From: Vicinamibacteria bacterium
GTDB lineage: Bacteria; Acidobacteriota; Vicinamibacteria; Marinacidobacterales; Marinacidobacteraceae
Assembly (NCBI GenBank): GCA_963668695.2
Contig: CAXXLQ010000004.1
Location: forward strand, 1,760,001-1,824,000
Reading direction: 5' to 3'
Length of the DNA: 64,000 bases
Positions 51,167 to 60,209 of this stretch are shown here, piece after piece (position 1 is the first letter of the stretch; each line of letters opens with the position of its first letter). A model generated the notes under the pieces. It had not been told where the DNA came from. It saw only the letters and a list, made by a program, of their open reading frames with translations, and did no database searches. A program made the translations under genes and the position numbers.

Positions 51167-53349
51167 GGGGCGCCGCGGTGTCGCTCAACAGCCTGTGGAT
51201 GAAGTGGCGTGAGCGCCGAGGCGGGCGAGGCGCCCGGCTGACAAGGCGCATGAGGGAGGAGCCCCCACCGGGAGAACTGGCCCGAGTGTATTTCGACCGA
51301 AATGCAACGCAGAGCGGAACGAAGTGGAGCGGTTCAGCCGGGATGCATCGCTCGCCGAGCCCCCACCGGGAGAACTGGGCCGCGTCACTTCATCTGCAGG
51401 CTGTTTTGGTCGCGGCAATCCTCCCCGCGGCCCTGGCGGCGCAGGACACGTCGCCCGGCGCGGACGAGCGGCTGCTCGCGGCCGCCCGCGACGGGCAAGT
51501 CGAAGTCGTACGGTCCCTCCTGCGGGAGGGGGCGGACGTGAACGCGGCGCGCGGCGACGGGTTGACCGCGCTGCACCTGGCCGCCGAGGGCGGGCATCGG
51601 GCCGTGGCCGATGCGCTGGTCGCGGCTGGCGCCGCGGTCGACGCCGGCACGCGCATCGGTCGCTATACGCCGCTCCAGGTGGCCGCCGAGGGCGGGCATG
51701 GCGCCGTCGTCGCGCGCCTGCTCGAAGCCGGGGCGGACCCGAACGCTCGGACGACGAACAGCGGCGTGACCGCGCTGCACCTCGCCGCCGGCGCCATCGA
51801 TGGCCGGTCGGCCGTGGCCGCGCTGCTCGACCACGGCGCGGATCCGAACGCCCGGGAGGGGTCGGCGGGGCAGACGCCCCTGATCTTCGCGGCGGTCGCG
51901 AACCGGGCCGCTGCCGTGACCGCGTTGCTCGCCGCCGACGCCGACCCCGGCATCACGACCGCCGTGGTCGACGTCCTGCCCGCTCTGGCGCTGGACCGGG
52001 AAGCCAACCGCCGCTTCCGCGACATAATCGGCGCGCCGCCGGAAACGCTCGGACCGTACGGGCCCGAGGTGGACCCGGAAGCCGAATCGCCGGGCGAGCC
52101 CAGCCCGGCCCATGTCCAGGCGGCCGTCCGCGCGCAACGCGACTTTCTCCGCTCCGGCTACGACGTCGGTGACGTGAGCCCGCACTCGCTCGGCCGCGTG
52201 GGGCCCGACTACCCGGGCGGTCCCGACCTCGTGCGCCCGCCCTACCGCGAGGTCCTCGTCGGCCGGACCGGCGCACTGACCGCGCTATTGCACGCCGCCC
52301 GCGAGGGCCATATCGAAGCCGCGACGGCCCTCGCGGGCGGCGGCGCGGACCTGGATCAGGTGAGCGCGGACGGCACCAGCCCACTCCTGATGGCGACGCT
52401 CAACGGCCAGTTCGACCTGGCGCTCGTCCTCATCGAGCGCGGAGCCGATCCCGATCTTGCCGCTTCGACGGACGGCGCCACGCCGCTCTTCGCCGTCCTC
52501 CAGACCCAGTGGGCGCCAAAGTCCAACTATCCGCAGCCGCGCGCGCAGGACTTGCAGGAGGCCGAACACCTGGACGTGCTCCGCGCGCTGCTCGAAGCCG
52601 GGGCCGATCCCAACCCCCGCCTGAACACGCACGCTTGGTACTGGGAATACGGTCTCACCAAGTTGGGGATCGACCTCACCGGGGCGACGCCGTTCTGGCG
52701 GGCCGTCTTCGCCCAGGATCTCGAGGCGATGAGACTGCTCGTCGCGCACGGAGCGGATCCCCACATTCCCACCCGCTGGCCCGAGGTCGGGATGCGGGAG
52801 CGCCGGCAGCAGGACGGCCGCCAGCAGGAGGACTCCGCGCTGCCCTGGATCCCGGAGGGGGCGCCGAACGCCTGGCCGATCCATGCCGCGGCGGGGGGCG
52901 GATATCTGGGACTGGGCGCGTTCAGCGTTCGGAACCGACCCGATCAGTTCATTCCCGCCGTGAAGTACCTGATCGAGGAACTGGGCGCGGACGTGAACCA
53001 GCGAGACTCCTGGCTCTACACCCCGATGCACTACGCGGCTTCCCGGGGCGACAACGAACTCATCGAGTACCTCGTGTCGCAGGGCGGGGACGTCACCGCG
53101 ATCACCCGCCTCGGACAGTCCACCGCCGACATGGCGCGCGGAGGCCGGGCCGGGTTCTTCACCCGCGTCCCGTACCCGGAGACGGTCGAGTTGCTGACCA
53201 GTCTCGGCGCGACGCTCGAGTGTCTCCACACGCACTTCCTGGATACCGGAGACTTCTGCCCCGCCGCGGGCGTCAACGACCCGTGGGCGCCGGCCGCGAC
53301 GGATGAGGAGCAAAAGCGGTCCGATTCCGGGAAGACGGGGTCGCGCTGA
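51163..53349 (+). CDS. Secreted ankyrin-repeat protein; signal peptide contains an in-frame MITE-like element
   Basis: Repeated G.TALH.AA/G.TPL motifs; ATGA overlap with the DUF1552 stop. Confidence 0.88.
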   Translation: MRGAAVSLNSLWMKWRERRGGRGARLTRRMREEPPPGELARVYFDRNATQSGTKWSGSAGMHRSPSPHRENWAASLHLQAVLVAAILPAALAAQDTSPGADERLLAAARDGQVEVVRSLLREGADVNAARGDGLTALHLAAEGGHRAVADALVAAGAAVDAGTRIGRYTPLQVAAEGGHGAVVARLLEAGADPNARTTNSGVTALHLAAGAIDGRSAVAALLDHGADPNAREGSAGQTPLIFAAVANRAAAVTALLAADADPGITTAVVDVLPALALDREANRRFRDIIGAPPETLGPYGPEVDPEAESPGEPSPAHVQAAVRAQRDFLRSGYDVGDVSPHSLGRVGPDYPGGPDLVRPPYREVLVGRTGALTALLHAAREGHIEAATALAGGGADLDQVSADGTSPLLMATLNGQFDLALVLIERGADPDLAASTDGATPLFAVLQTQWAPKSNYPQPRAQDLQEAEHLDVLRALLEAGADPNPRLNTHAWYWEYGLTKLGIDLTGATPFWRAVFAQDLEAMRLLVAHGADPHIPTRWPEVGMRERRQQDGRQQEDSALPWIPEGAPNAWPIHAAAGGGYLGLGAFSVRNRPDQFIPAVKYLIEELGADVNQRDSWLYTPMHYAASRGDNELIEYLVSQGGDVTAITRLGQSTADMARGGRAGFFTRVPYPETVELLTSLGATLECLHTHFLDTGDFCPAAGVNDPWAPAATDEEQKRSDSGKTGSR
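51188..51404 (+). mobile_element. MITE-like element, copy 7 (in frame, 73 codons)
   Basis: Ends acagcctgtggatgaagt / acttcatctgcaggctgt. Confidence 0.82.
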
Positions 53350-53386
53350 CCGACGCCCGCTGACCGACACCCGCTGACCGACACCG
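53345..53386. repeat. 14-bp tandem repeat spanning the ankyrin stop codon
   Basis: gctgaccgac(g/a)cc(c/g) x3. Confidence 0.7.
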
Positions 53387-53438
53387 AGGCCCCGAGCAGC
53401 AGTTTGGAGCGCCGGCCGGGCCGATCAACGGAGAGAGC

Positions 53439-54801
53439 ATGAAGATCCAGTCGCTTTGCCTGACCTTCGGGTTCGCCGCGGCTCTAGCCGTCTCGGCGTG
53501 CGAGGACGGCGACCGCGCGGCCGTCGCAGAGATGGGGGGAGCGAACGGCGGCGTCGCTAACAGCCGGTGGCAAAACCCACGCGGCGTTCGACCGGCGATG
53601 CATCCCGGCTGAACCACTCCGCTTCGCTCCGTTCTGCGTTGCGTTTCGGTCGAAATACACTCGGTATTCCTCCCTCACGCGCCTTGTCAGCCGGGCGCCT
53701 CGCCCCCACCGGGAGAACTGGCCGGTCTCGGCGCTCACGCGGGTTTCACCACAGGCTGTTAAGGGAGGAGACGACCGCACCGGGCCCTACGATCCGGTGC
53801 CCGGCTGGTGGAAGGTCGCACCTGACCACGACAACGAGTGGGGCTGGGGGCAGGTGGCCGGCGTGGCGGTGGACCACGCGGACCGCATCATCGTCGTCAC
53901 GCGCGGCGACTGGCCCGCGGATGGCTCGGTCCCGCGCGAGGGGCGGTTGCGGCGCACGAACTTCGTTGTCGTCGCGAACGCGAACGGCGAGATCGTCGAA
54001 CAGTGGGCGCAGTGGGACTCGATCTTCACGCTCCCGCACCAGGTGTACATCAGTCCCTACGACCCCGACCGGCACGTGTGGGTGATCGACAGCGGCGGCG
54101 GCGAGGGGCACATGCAGGTCGTCAAGTTCACGAACGACGGCAGCGAGATTGTCATGCGCCTCGGAGAGCGCGACCACCCGAAGACCCGCGAAGCGGCGCG
54201 TGCACGATCCGACTGGGGACCACACACTTACGGCTGGCCATCGAAGCTGGCGTTCCTTCCTGACGGGAGCTTCCTGCTGGCGGACGGGTATTGGAACTCT
54301 CGCATCATCAAGTATTCCGAGGACGGAGAGTTCATCATGCAGTGGGGCGCGCTCGGTACCGGGCCCGGCGAGTTCGATCTCCTGCACGGACTCGCCGTGG
54401 ACGAGGATCGGGTGTACGTCGCCGACCGCCAGAACGAGCGGCTTCAGTTGTTCACGCACGACGGGGAGTTCATCGAGGAATGGCCCGACATCTTCGACCC
54501 CGTGAACATCTGGCTCGATGAGAACGGCGCCGTGTGGGTCCTGGACGCGACGCTGAACCGCGTGCTGAAGTACAACCGGGAGGGCGTCTTGCAGGACTAC
54601 TGGGGCGCATACGGAGCGGCCGGCGCCCTCGGCCGCGGCGTGTGGCCGGGAGGCCTGTCGCTCCCGCACCAGTTGGATATGGACAAGGATGGCAACGTTT
54701 ATATTGCGTCCTACAGTGGCGGCTGGATCAACAAGTTCACCCCAAAGCCGGGCGCGGACCCGGACAGACTTCTGGGTCCCCGGCTGCTCCTGGCGAACTG
54801 A
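53439..54801 (+). pseudogene. NHL-repeat (PAL-like beta-propeller) lipoprotein interrupted by a MITE-like element
   Basis: MKIQSLC...AVSAC lipoprotein leader; removing 53560-53759 plus one TA restores the ORF into KGGDDRTGPYDPVPGWWK; ADGYWNSRI, G.GPGEF...HG, VADRQN. Confidence 0.8.
53560..53759 (-). mobile_element. MITE-like element, copy 8
   Basis: TA|acagccggtggcaaaaccc...gggtttcaccacaggctgt|TA. Confidence 0.88.
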
Positions 54802-54824
54802 GGATTGAGGAAAGTCCTGCAGCG

Positions 54825-55525
54825 ATGATGCCCGCGCGTCCGCGCGACGCGCCGTAGCCCTCCTCGCCCTGTTGGTGGTCGCATGCGGCGAAAGCCCCGT
54901 GGAGTCAGACCCGTGGAGCCGGAACCGCCGGATCCTGTCGAGCCGCCCGAACTCCCGGCTCCGCCTCTCCCAACCGTGACGGCACAGATCGTCCCCTGCG
55001 AGGGAGGTTAGGCCGATGGGTTCCCCTGCGACCCGGTCGACCTCGTCGGCAAGCTTTCCAGGCAGAAGTTGCGGCCGGGGAAGGATGTCGCCTCCCTGAA
55101 CGACGTCTGGGGGTGGACGGACCCGCAGACCGGTGTGGAATACGCCCTCGTCGGTCGCCACGACGGACTCTCCATCGTCGATCTCTCGACTCCCGTGGAA
55201 CCGCGGCCCATCGCGTTCCTGCCGTCCGCGATCTCGCACACCATTTGGCGGGACATGAAGGTGGTTGCGGATCACGTGTACGTCGTCTCGGAAAGCACCG
55301 GGCACGGGATGCAGGTGCTCGACCTCACGCGCCTTCGCGGGTTGACGGAGTTCACAGAGTTGAACGCGGATGCGCGCTACCAGGAGGTGAGCGCCGTTCA
55401 CAACCTCGCGATCAACGAGGAGACGGGCTTCGCGTACGCCGTCGGCAGCAACTCCGGCGGCGAGACCTGCTCGGGCGGCCTCCACCTGATCGATCTCTCG
55501 GACCCGAAGAATCCGGTCTCGGCAC
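54825..55525 (+). pseudogene. Choice-of-anchor B family protein remnant
   Basis: PCEGG*ADGFPC, NDVWGWTDP..G.EYALVG, WRDMKV, HNLAINEETG, CSGGLH; TAG at 55009; truncated at a REP doublet. Confidence 0.75.
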
Positions 55526-55539
55526 GCCCTGGAACCAAG

Positions 55540-55692
55540 AAACGCCGACCTCCGGCCAGTTCTCCCGGTGGGAGCCGGCATCGCAGCCCGAGAGGGCTGC
55601 GAAACCGCGTAATGCGGAACCGCGAAGAAGCGCGGGGACGGCTTGGAACGCCGACCTCCGGCCAGTTCTCCCGGTGGGGGCCGGCACCGCTA
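55540..55692. repeat. Two REP units, each with the 21-mer
   Basis: acgccgacctccg[gccagttctcccggtggg(a/g)gc]cggca x2. Confidence 0.8.
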
Positions 55693-55736
55693 CGCGAAGC
55701 GCAGCGAGACCGCGTCCTGCTGATCTGTGGGATGGC

Positions 55737-56117
55737 TCAGACCCGGAACCCGAGTTCCGCGGCCACGGCGCGTTGTCTCTCATCCAGAGTCACGAATGCC
55801 ATCTCGCGCGGATCCGGAACAGCCGAGAGGGCGGTGGCTACATGCCACAAGTCGGCGCCCTTCAGATAGCCGACTTCCAAGACCGTGTCCATCTCAGCCC
55901 CGAGCGGCCGATCCGGAAAGATCCAATCGATTTGTTCCACATAGGAAGGCGAGTAGGCCGCATCTTCCCGTGCCAATGCGGCGCGCAGTTCCGCTTCCAG
56001 GAGATTTGACGACAGAACCCGCCTGAAGGCCCCAAGGCGCCGGGCCATCTCTTCGGCTGCGTTCTCTCCGAAAACGATGGCGGCCAGCGCAGACGTGTCC
56101 ACGTACGCCGTTCTCAT
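55737..56117 (-). CDS. vapC: VapC-like PIN domain toxin
   Basis: YVDTSAL, E in helix 2, AD..H.ATA, TLDERQ. Confidence 0.85.
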   Translation of the reverse strand: MRTAYVDTSALAAIVFGENAAEEMARRLGAFRRVLSSNLLEAELRAALAREDAAYSPSYVEQIDWIFPDRPLGAEMDTVLEVGYLKGADLWHVATALSAVPDPREMAFVTLDERQRAVAAELGFRV

Positions 56118-56389
56118 TCGCGTTCGTCAAGAAAGCGCTGGAGCGCGCCCGGTCTGCGGACCACGGGCCCAGGTCGGAAAGGACCCGGCTTGGCGGCGGG
56201 CACGATAACCCCCCGCCGCTCCAATTCATCGAGGTGCTCTTCGAGCGTCTTCTTTTTCCCCTCGATGGGGCGGATCTCGGCTACCGGTTTCCCGTGGTAG
56301 GAGATATGCACGGTGCGTCCCTCGCGGACCAGTCGGATGACTTCCGAGAAGCGGGCCTTGGCCTCGTAGGTCGAAAAGGTCAAGTTCAT
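56114..56389 (-). CDS. Phd/YefM family antitoxin
   Basis: STYEAKARFSEVIRLV..G..V.I...GKPVA. Confidence 0.88.
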   Translation of the reverse strand: MNLTFSTYEAKARFSEVIRLVREGRTVHISYHGKPVAEIRPIEGKKKTLEEHLDELERRGVIVPAAKPGPFRPGPVVRRPGALQRFLDERE

Positions 56390-56400
56390 ATGTCTGATCC

Positions 56401-56419
56401 AGACTAGTCACACTAGTCT
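56401..56419. promoter_or_regulatory. Palindromic TA operator
   Basis: AGACTAGT-cac-ACTAGTCT, 12 bp upstream of the antitoxin ATG. Confidence 0.6.
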
Positions 56420-56527
56420 AACACCGTCGACATAGCGGCGTTGCAACTGTCGCTGCCCCCGGGCTGCGTTGCCGGCAGCGCCAACGTTGAGTAGCAGCGC
56501 CGAACGTTGAGCAGCCGCGCCGACGCT

Positions 56528-57034
56528 TCAGCCCGCCGCCCCGCCCGCCGCCAGACTCTCGAGCCACGCCTCCGGGATCCGCACCGCGACCACCTCCCCC
56601 TCGGCGGTGACCACCCCGTTCGCCTCCAGACGAACCCGCACCCGCACCTTCCGGTCGGTGATCTCGGTCGCCCGCGCGCGCAGCACCAGCTCCACCCCGA
56701 GCGGCGTCGGCTTCCGGTAGTCCACGTGCAGCGAACCCGTCACGAAGCGCAGCGGTGGGTCGCTGTCCATCGGCCGTCCGGCGGCCCGGTAGGCCTCCCA
56801 CGCCGCGGTCCCGGTCCCGTGGCAGTCGATCAGCGACGCGATCAGCCCGCCGTACACCGCCCCCGGCACCGCCGTGTGGAAGGGCTCCGGCGTGAAGTGG
56901 CAGACCGCCTCGTCCCCATCCGCGAAGCTCCGGATCCGGTAGCCATCCGGATTGCGGGCTCCGCACCCGTAGCAGTGCTTGGTGGATTCCGGGTAGTAGT
57001 CCTGAAAGGCCCGCGGCTCGTCCGCCGCGCTCAT
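56528..57034 (-). CDS. PaaI-family thioesterase
   Basis: CYGCG..NP.G, YGGLIASLIDCH, VTGSLHVDY..PTP. Confidence 0.85.
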   Translation of the reverse strand: MSAADEPRAFQDYYPESTKHCYGCGARNPDGYRIRSFADGDEAVCHFTPEPFHTAVPGAVYGGLIASLIDCHGTGTAAWEAYRAAGRPMDSDPPLRFVTGSLHVDYRKPTPLGVELVLRARATEITDRKVRVRVRLEANGVVTAEGEVVAVRIPEAWLESLAAGGAAG

Positions 57035-57387
57035 GTCTGGCGCACGAGGGCGACAAAGAGGCACCCCCAGGCCGCGATGAGGCACAACCCACCCAGCGGT
57101 GTCACCGGACCCAACCAGGACGGGCCGCCGAGCGCCAGCCAGTAGAGGCTTCCGGAAAACAGCACGATGCCGGCGGTCATCAGGGCCCCGGCCAGCCAGC
57201 CGGGAGAGCCGCCCACCAGCGCCCCGACCGCGAGCAGCCCCAGCCCGTGGATCAGGTGATAACGGACCGCGGTTTCGAAGGTCTGGAGCGAGCGGGCGTC
57301 AAGCTGGGACGAGAGCGCGTGCGCGCCGAAGGCGCCGGCGACCACCCCGAGCAGCATCGCGGCGGCGCCGACCGCAAGCCAGGGCAT
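57031..57387 (-). CDS. DUF423 membrane protein
   Basis: GAFGAH.L, TAVRYH..H, FSGSLY, TPLGG. Confidence 0.9.
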   Translation of the reverse strand: MPWLAVGAAAMLLGVVAGAFGAHALSSQLDARSLQTFETAVRYHLIHGLGLLAVGALVGGSPGWLAGALMTAGIVLFSGSLYWLALGGPSWLGPVTPLGGLCLIAAWGCLFVALVRQT

Positions 57388-57399
57388 CTGGATCCGGGG

Positions 57400-58440
57400 T
57401 CAGCGGGCCGTCTGGCCCATCCGCAGCGGCTTCTGCGGCGTCATCGGCTCGTCCGCATAGAGCGCCGCGACCTGGTCCCCGTAGCCGTTGAAGAGCGGGG
57501 TCGGGAAGGGATCCCGGTTGTCCAGCCAGTAGGACTCGGCCTGGCTCCAGCGCGGGTGCGGGATGTTCGGGTTGATGTTCGACAAGAACCCGTACTCGTG
57601 CTTCTGCATCTCCCAGAAGAAGCGAGGCCGCTTCGAAGTCAGCTCGATCTTCACCACCGCCTTCGGTCCCTTGTAGCCGTACTTCCAGGGGAACGCCATC
57701 CGGATCGGCGCGCCGTGCTGGCGGACCAGCGGATCGCCATAGACGCCGGTGACCACGAACGCCACCGGGTTCATGGCCTCGTTCATCCGGAGTCCCTCGT
57801 GGTAAGGCCAGGGGTACCAGTTGCTTGACGCGAGACCGGGCATCTGCTCGGGCCGGTTGAGGCAGGTGAAGGAAACGAAGCCGGCATTGCTCGTCGGCTC
57901 CACCGCATTCAGCAGCGCGGACAGCGGGAATCCGGTCCACGGCACGTTCATCGCCCAGCGCTCGACGCAGCGGAAGTGGTAGATGCGCTCCTCGTGCTCG
58001 AATTTCAGGAGGTCGTCGAGATCGAAGGTGCGCGGCTTGTTGCACTCGCCCGTCACCTCGACGGCCCAGGGCAGCGGCTGGTAGTCGCCGGCGAGCTTCC
58101 AGACCGCGCCGCCGCGCCCCGCCAGGAACTCGTAGAAGTTGTTGTGCGAACCCGCGACCTCGCGCGCCGTCAACTCCTTCCGCTCGACCATGCCCGGGAC
58201 CTGGTAGGCCTCGTTCCGCGTCGCGGGGAATACGTCGGGCCGCGAATACGGGATCTCCAGCATCTCCGCGGCGTCGGCGTTCGTTCCGCAGGCGGCGGCA
58301 TACGGACCCACCAGGGCGGCGCTCCCGAGAGCCTTCAGGATGGCCCGGCGGTTGAAGAAGACCTTCGGGTCGGTGATGGCGCCCCCGACCGGGCTTTTTT
58401 CGTAACGGATCCGCTTCGAGGTCTTGACGAGATGGCTCAT
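57400..58440 (-). CDS. msrP: Protein-methionine-sulfoxide reductase catalytic subunit
   Basis: Tat motif NRRAILK, NNFYEF, RCVE.W, HGAPIR..PWKYGYK, HPRWSQA. Confidence 0.9.
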   Translation of the reverse strand: MSHLVKTSKRIRYEKSPVGGAITDPKVFFNRRAILKALGSAALVGPYAAACGTNADAAEMLEIPYSRPDVFPATRNEAYQVPGMVERKELTAREVAGSHNNFYEFLAGRGGAVWKLAGDYQPLPWAVEVTGECNKPRTFDLDDLLKFEHEERIYHFRCVERWAMNVPWTGFPLSALLNAVEPTSNAGFVSFTCLNRPEQMPGLASSNWYPWPYHEGLRMNEAMNPVAFVVTGVYGDPLVRQHGAPIRMAFPWKYGYKGPKAVVKIELTSKRPRFFWEMQKHEYGFLSNINPNIPHPRWSQAESYWLDNRDPFPTPLFNGYGDQVAALYADEPMTPQKPLRMGQTAR

Positions 58441-58589
58441 TGGTACGCTCCCCCAGTTCCCGGCCGCCGGCGCGGAAGTCGGCACTCGAATGGTAGCCCG
58501 ATGCCGGCTGCCGGTGCGGGTCGCTGGGATCACGAAACGCCCCGGTCTCGGCCAGACCTGTTTCTTCGACTTTCACACCGGCAAACACC

Positions 58590-60209
58590 ATGACCTGGAG
58601 CCTCTGGAACGTACGCGGCGCGGACGTGTCGGTGCGCCCGCTGCAGGCCTTGCCGGACAGCGAAGCCGATCCCTGGACCGACCGGGCGCCCCCGGGCCGG
58701 CTCGGGGCGACCGGCGCCCGAAGCGACGACGATCGGCTCGGCTGGGTGGACCTGCCGCTGACGGCCGCCAGGCAACTCCCCGAGTACCTCCGGCTCCGCG
58801 ACGAACTGCTCGCCGAGGGTTTCGAGCGCCTCGTGGTGCTGGCGATGGGTGGGTCCGCGCTCTGCCCCCAGGCGCTCGTTTCCGGGCTTCCCCGGGGGCG
58901 CGGCCTGGACGTGCAGTTCCTCGACACCCTCGCGCCGGAAGCGGTGCGGGAAGCGATCCGGCCCGACCGTCTCGAAAAGACCGTCTTCCTGGTCGCCTCG
59001 AAATCAGGGACGACGATGGAGACCCGAATCCTCGAGTCGGTCATCTCCCGGAAGCTCCAGGTTGCGGGAGTCGCTCCCGGCGGGCAGTTCCTCGCCATCA
59101 GCGACCCGGGGTCGCCGCTCTACCGGTGGGCCGACCTGGCCGACTACCGGGCGCGGTTCCTCGGGAAACCGAATGTGGGGGGACGATTCTCGGCGCTCAG
59201 CGCCTTTGGACTTCTGCCGGCGGCCCTTGCCGGATGCGAGTTGGACGAAGAACTGGCCGCTGTCCGCCGGGAGCGCGAGGCGCTCGACCTGAACGGCGCG
59301 GCGGCCGATCCGGCCATCCGGCTGGGCGCGCTGCTCGCCCGCATCCGGGGGGAGGGGCGGTTGCGCGCGCACCTCTCCGCCTCGTCCGAACGGAAGGGAA
59401 TGCTCCCCTGGCTGGAACAGCTCTTCTCGGAGACCACCGGGAAGGGGGGTACCGGGATCGTGCCGGTGATCCTTCCTCCGTCGGGCGCGAAGAGCCGGGG
59501 GGACGCGACGCTCTGCATCCACCTCGGCGCCGTGGAAGGGGACGACCGGGAGCGGCTCGAAGCCGCTACGCGCGGAGGGGTCCCGGTCATCCACTGCCCG
59601 GCGGGATCCGGACTGCTTCCGGATATCTACCGCTGGCAGGTCGCGATTGCGGTGGCGGCCTTCCGGATGGGGGTGGATCCCTACGACCAGCCGGATGTCG
59701 AGGGAACGAAAGCGGCCACCCGCCGATTGGCGGAGGATCCCGCTTCCGCACCCACTCCGTCCGCCGTATCCGACGCCGACCTCTCGGACTTCCTGGTGCA
59801 ATGCACCGAGGGCAGCCTCGTCATCAATGCTTTCGGTCACCGGAGCCCCAGGGCCTTGGCGATGATCGAGGCGTTGCGGCGGAACTGTGCCGTCCGCCAC
59901 GGATCGCCTCCCGCGGTCGGCTTCGGATCGGCGCTCCTCCACTCGCTTGGCCAGATCGAGAAGGGCGGTCCTCCGGACCTCTCCGTATTGATGCTGACCT
60001 GGAGTGCGCGGGTGGACATTCCCATTCCGCCGGCCCGTGATCTTCCGTCCGCGATCAACGGGTTTGGCACCGGCGCCTTCGCGCGGCTCCAGGCCGCTGC
60101 GGACTACGACGAACTACGGCGGCGCGGCCGCCATGTCCTCTGGCTCGACGGGGCGGTTCCCGGCCCGGCGGGGCTTGCGGAGATGGTGGTGCGACTGATT
60201 TCGTTGTGA
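58590..60209 (+). CDS. Glucose-6-phosphate isomerase-like protein (Tal/Pgi C-terminal type)
   Basis: LGWVDLP, MGGS.L, ASKSGTTMET, VGGRFSALS.FGL, EQL..ETTGK, DQPDVE..K. Confidence 0.8.
   Translation: MTWSLWNVRGADVSVRPLQALPDSEADPWTDRAPPGRLGATGARSDDDRLGWVDLPLTAARQLPEYLRLRDELLAEGFERLVVLAMGGSALCPQALVSGLPRGRGLDVQFLDTLAPEAVREAIRPDRLEKTVFLVASKSGTTMETRILESVISRKLQVAGVAPGGQFLAISDPGSPLYRWADLADYRARFLGKPNVGGRFSALSAFGLLPAALAGCELDEELAAVRREREALDLNGAAADPAIRLGALLARIRGEGRLRAHLSASSERKGMLPWLEQLFSETTGKGGTGIVPVILPPSGAKSRGDATLCIHLGAVEGDDRERLEAATRGGVPVIHCPAGSGLLPDIYRWQVAIAVAAFRMGVDPYDQPDVEGTKAATRRLAEDPASAPTPSAVSDADLSDFLVQCTEGSLVINAFGHRSPRALAMIEALRRNCAVRHGSPPAVGFGSALLHSLGQIEKGGPPDLSVLMLTWSARVDIPIPPARDLPSAINGFGTGAFARLQAAADYDELRRRGRHVLWLDGAVPGPAGLAEMVVRLISL

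Noticed and set aside
55009-55011. Pyrrolysine readthrough in the choice-of-anchor B gene
   Set aside because: The gene has other lesions (broken 5' end, 3' truncation), so it is a pseudogene.
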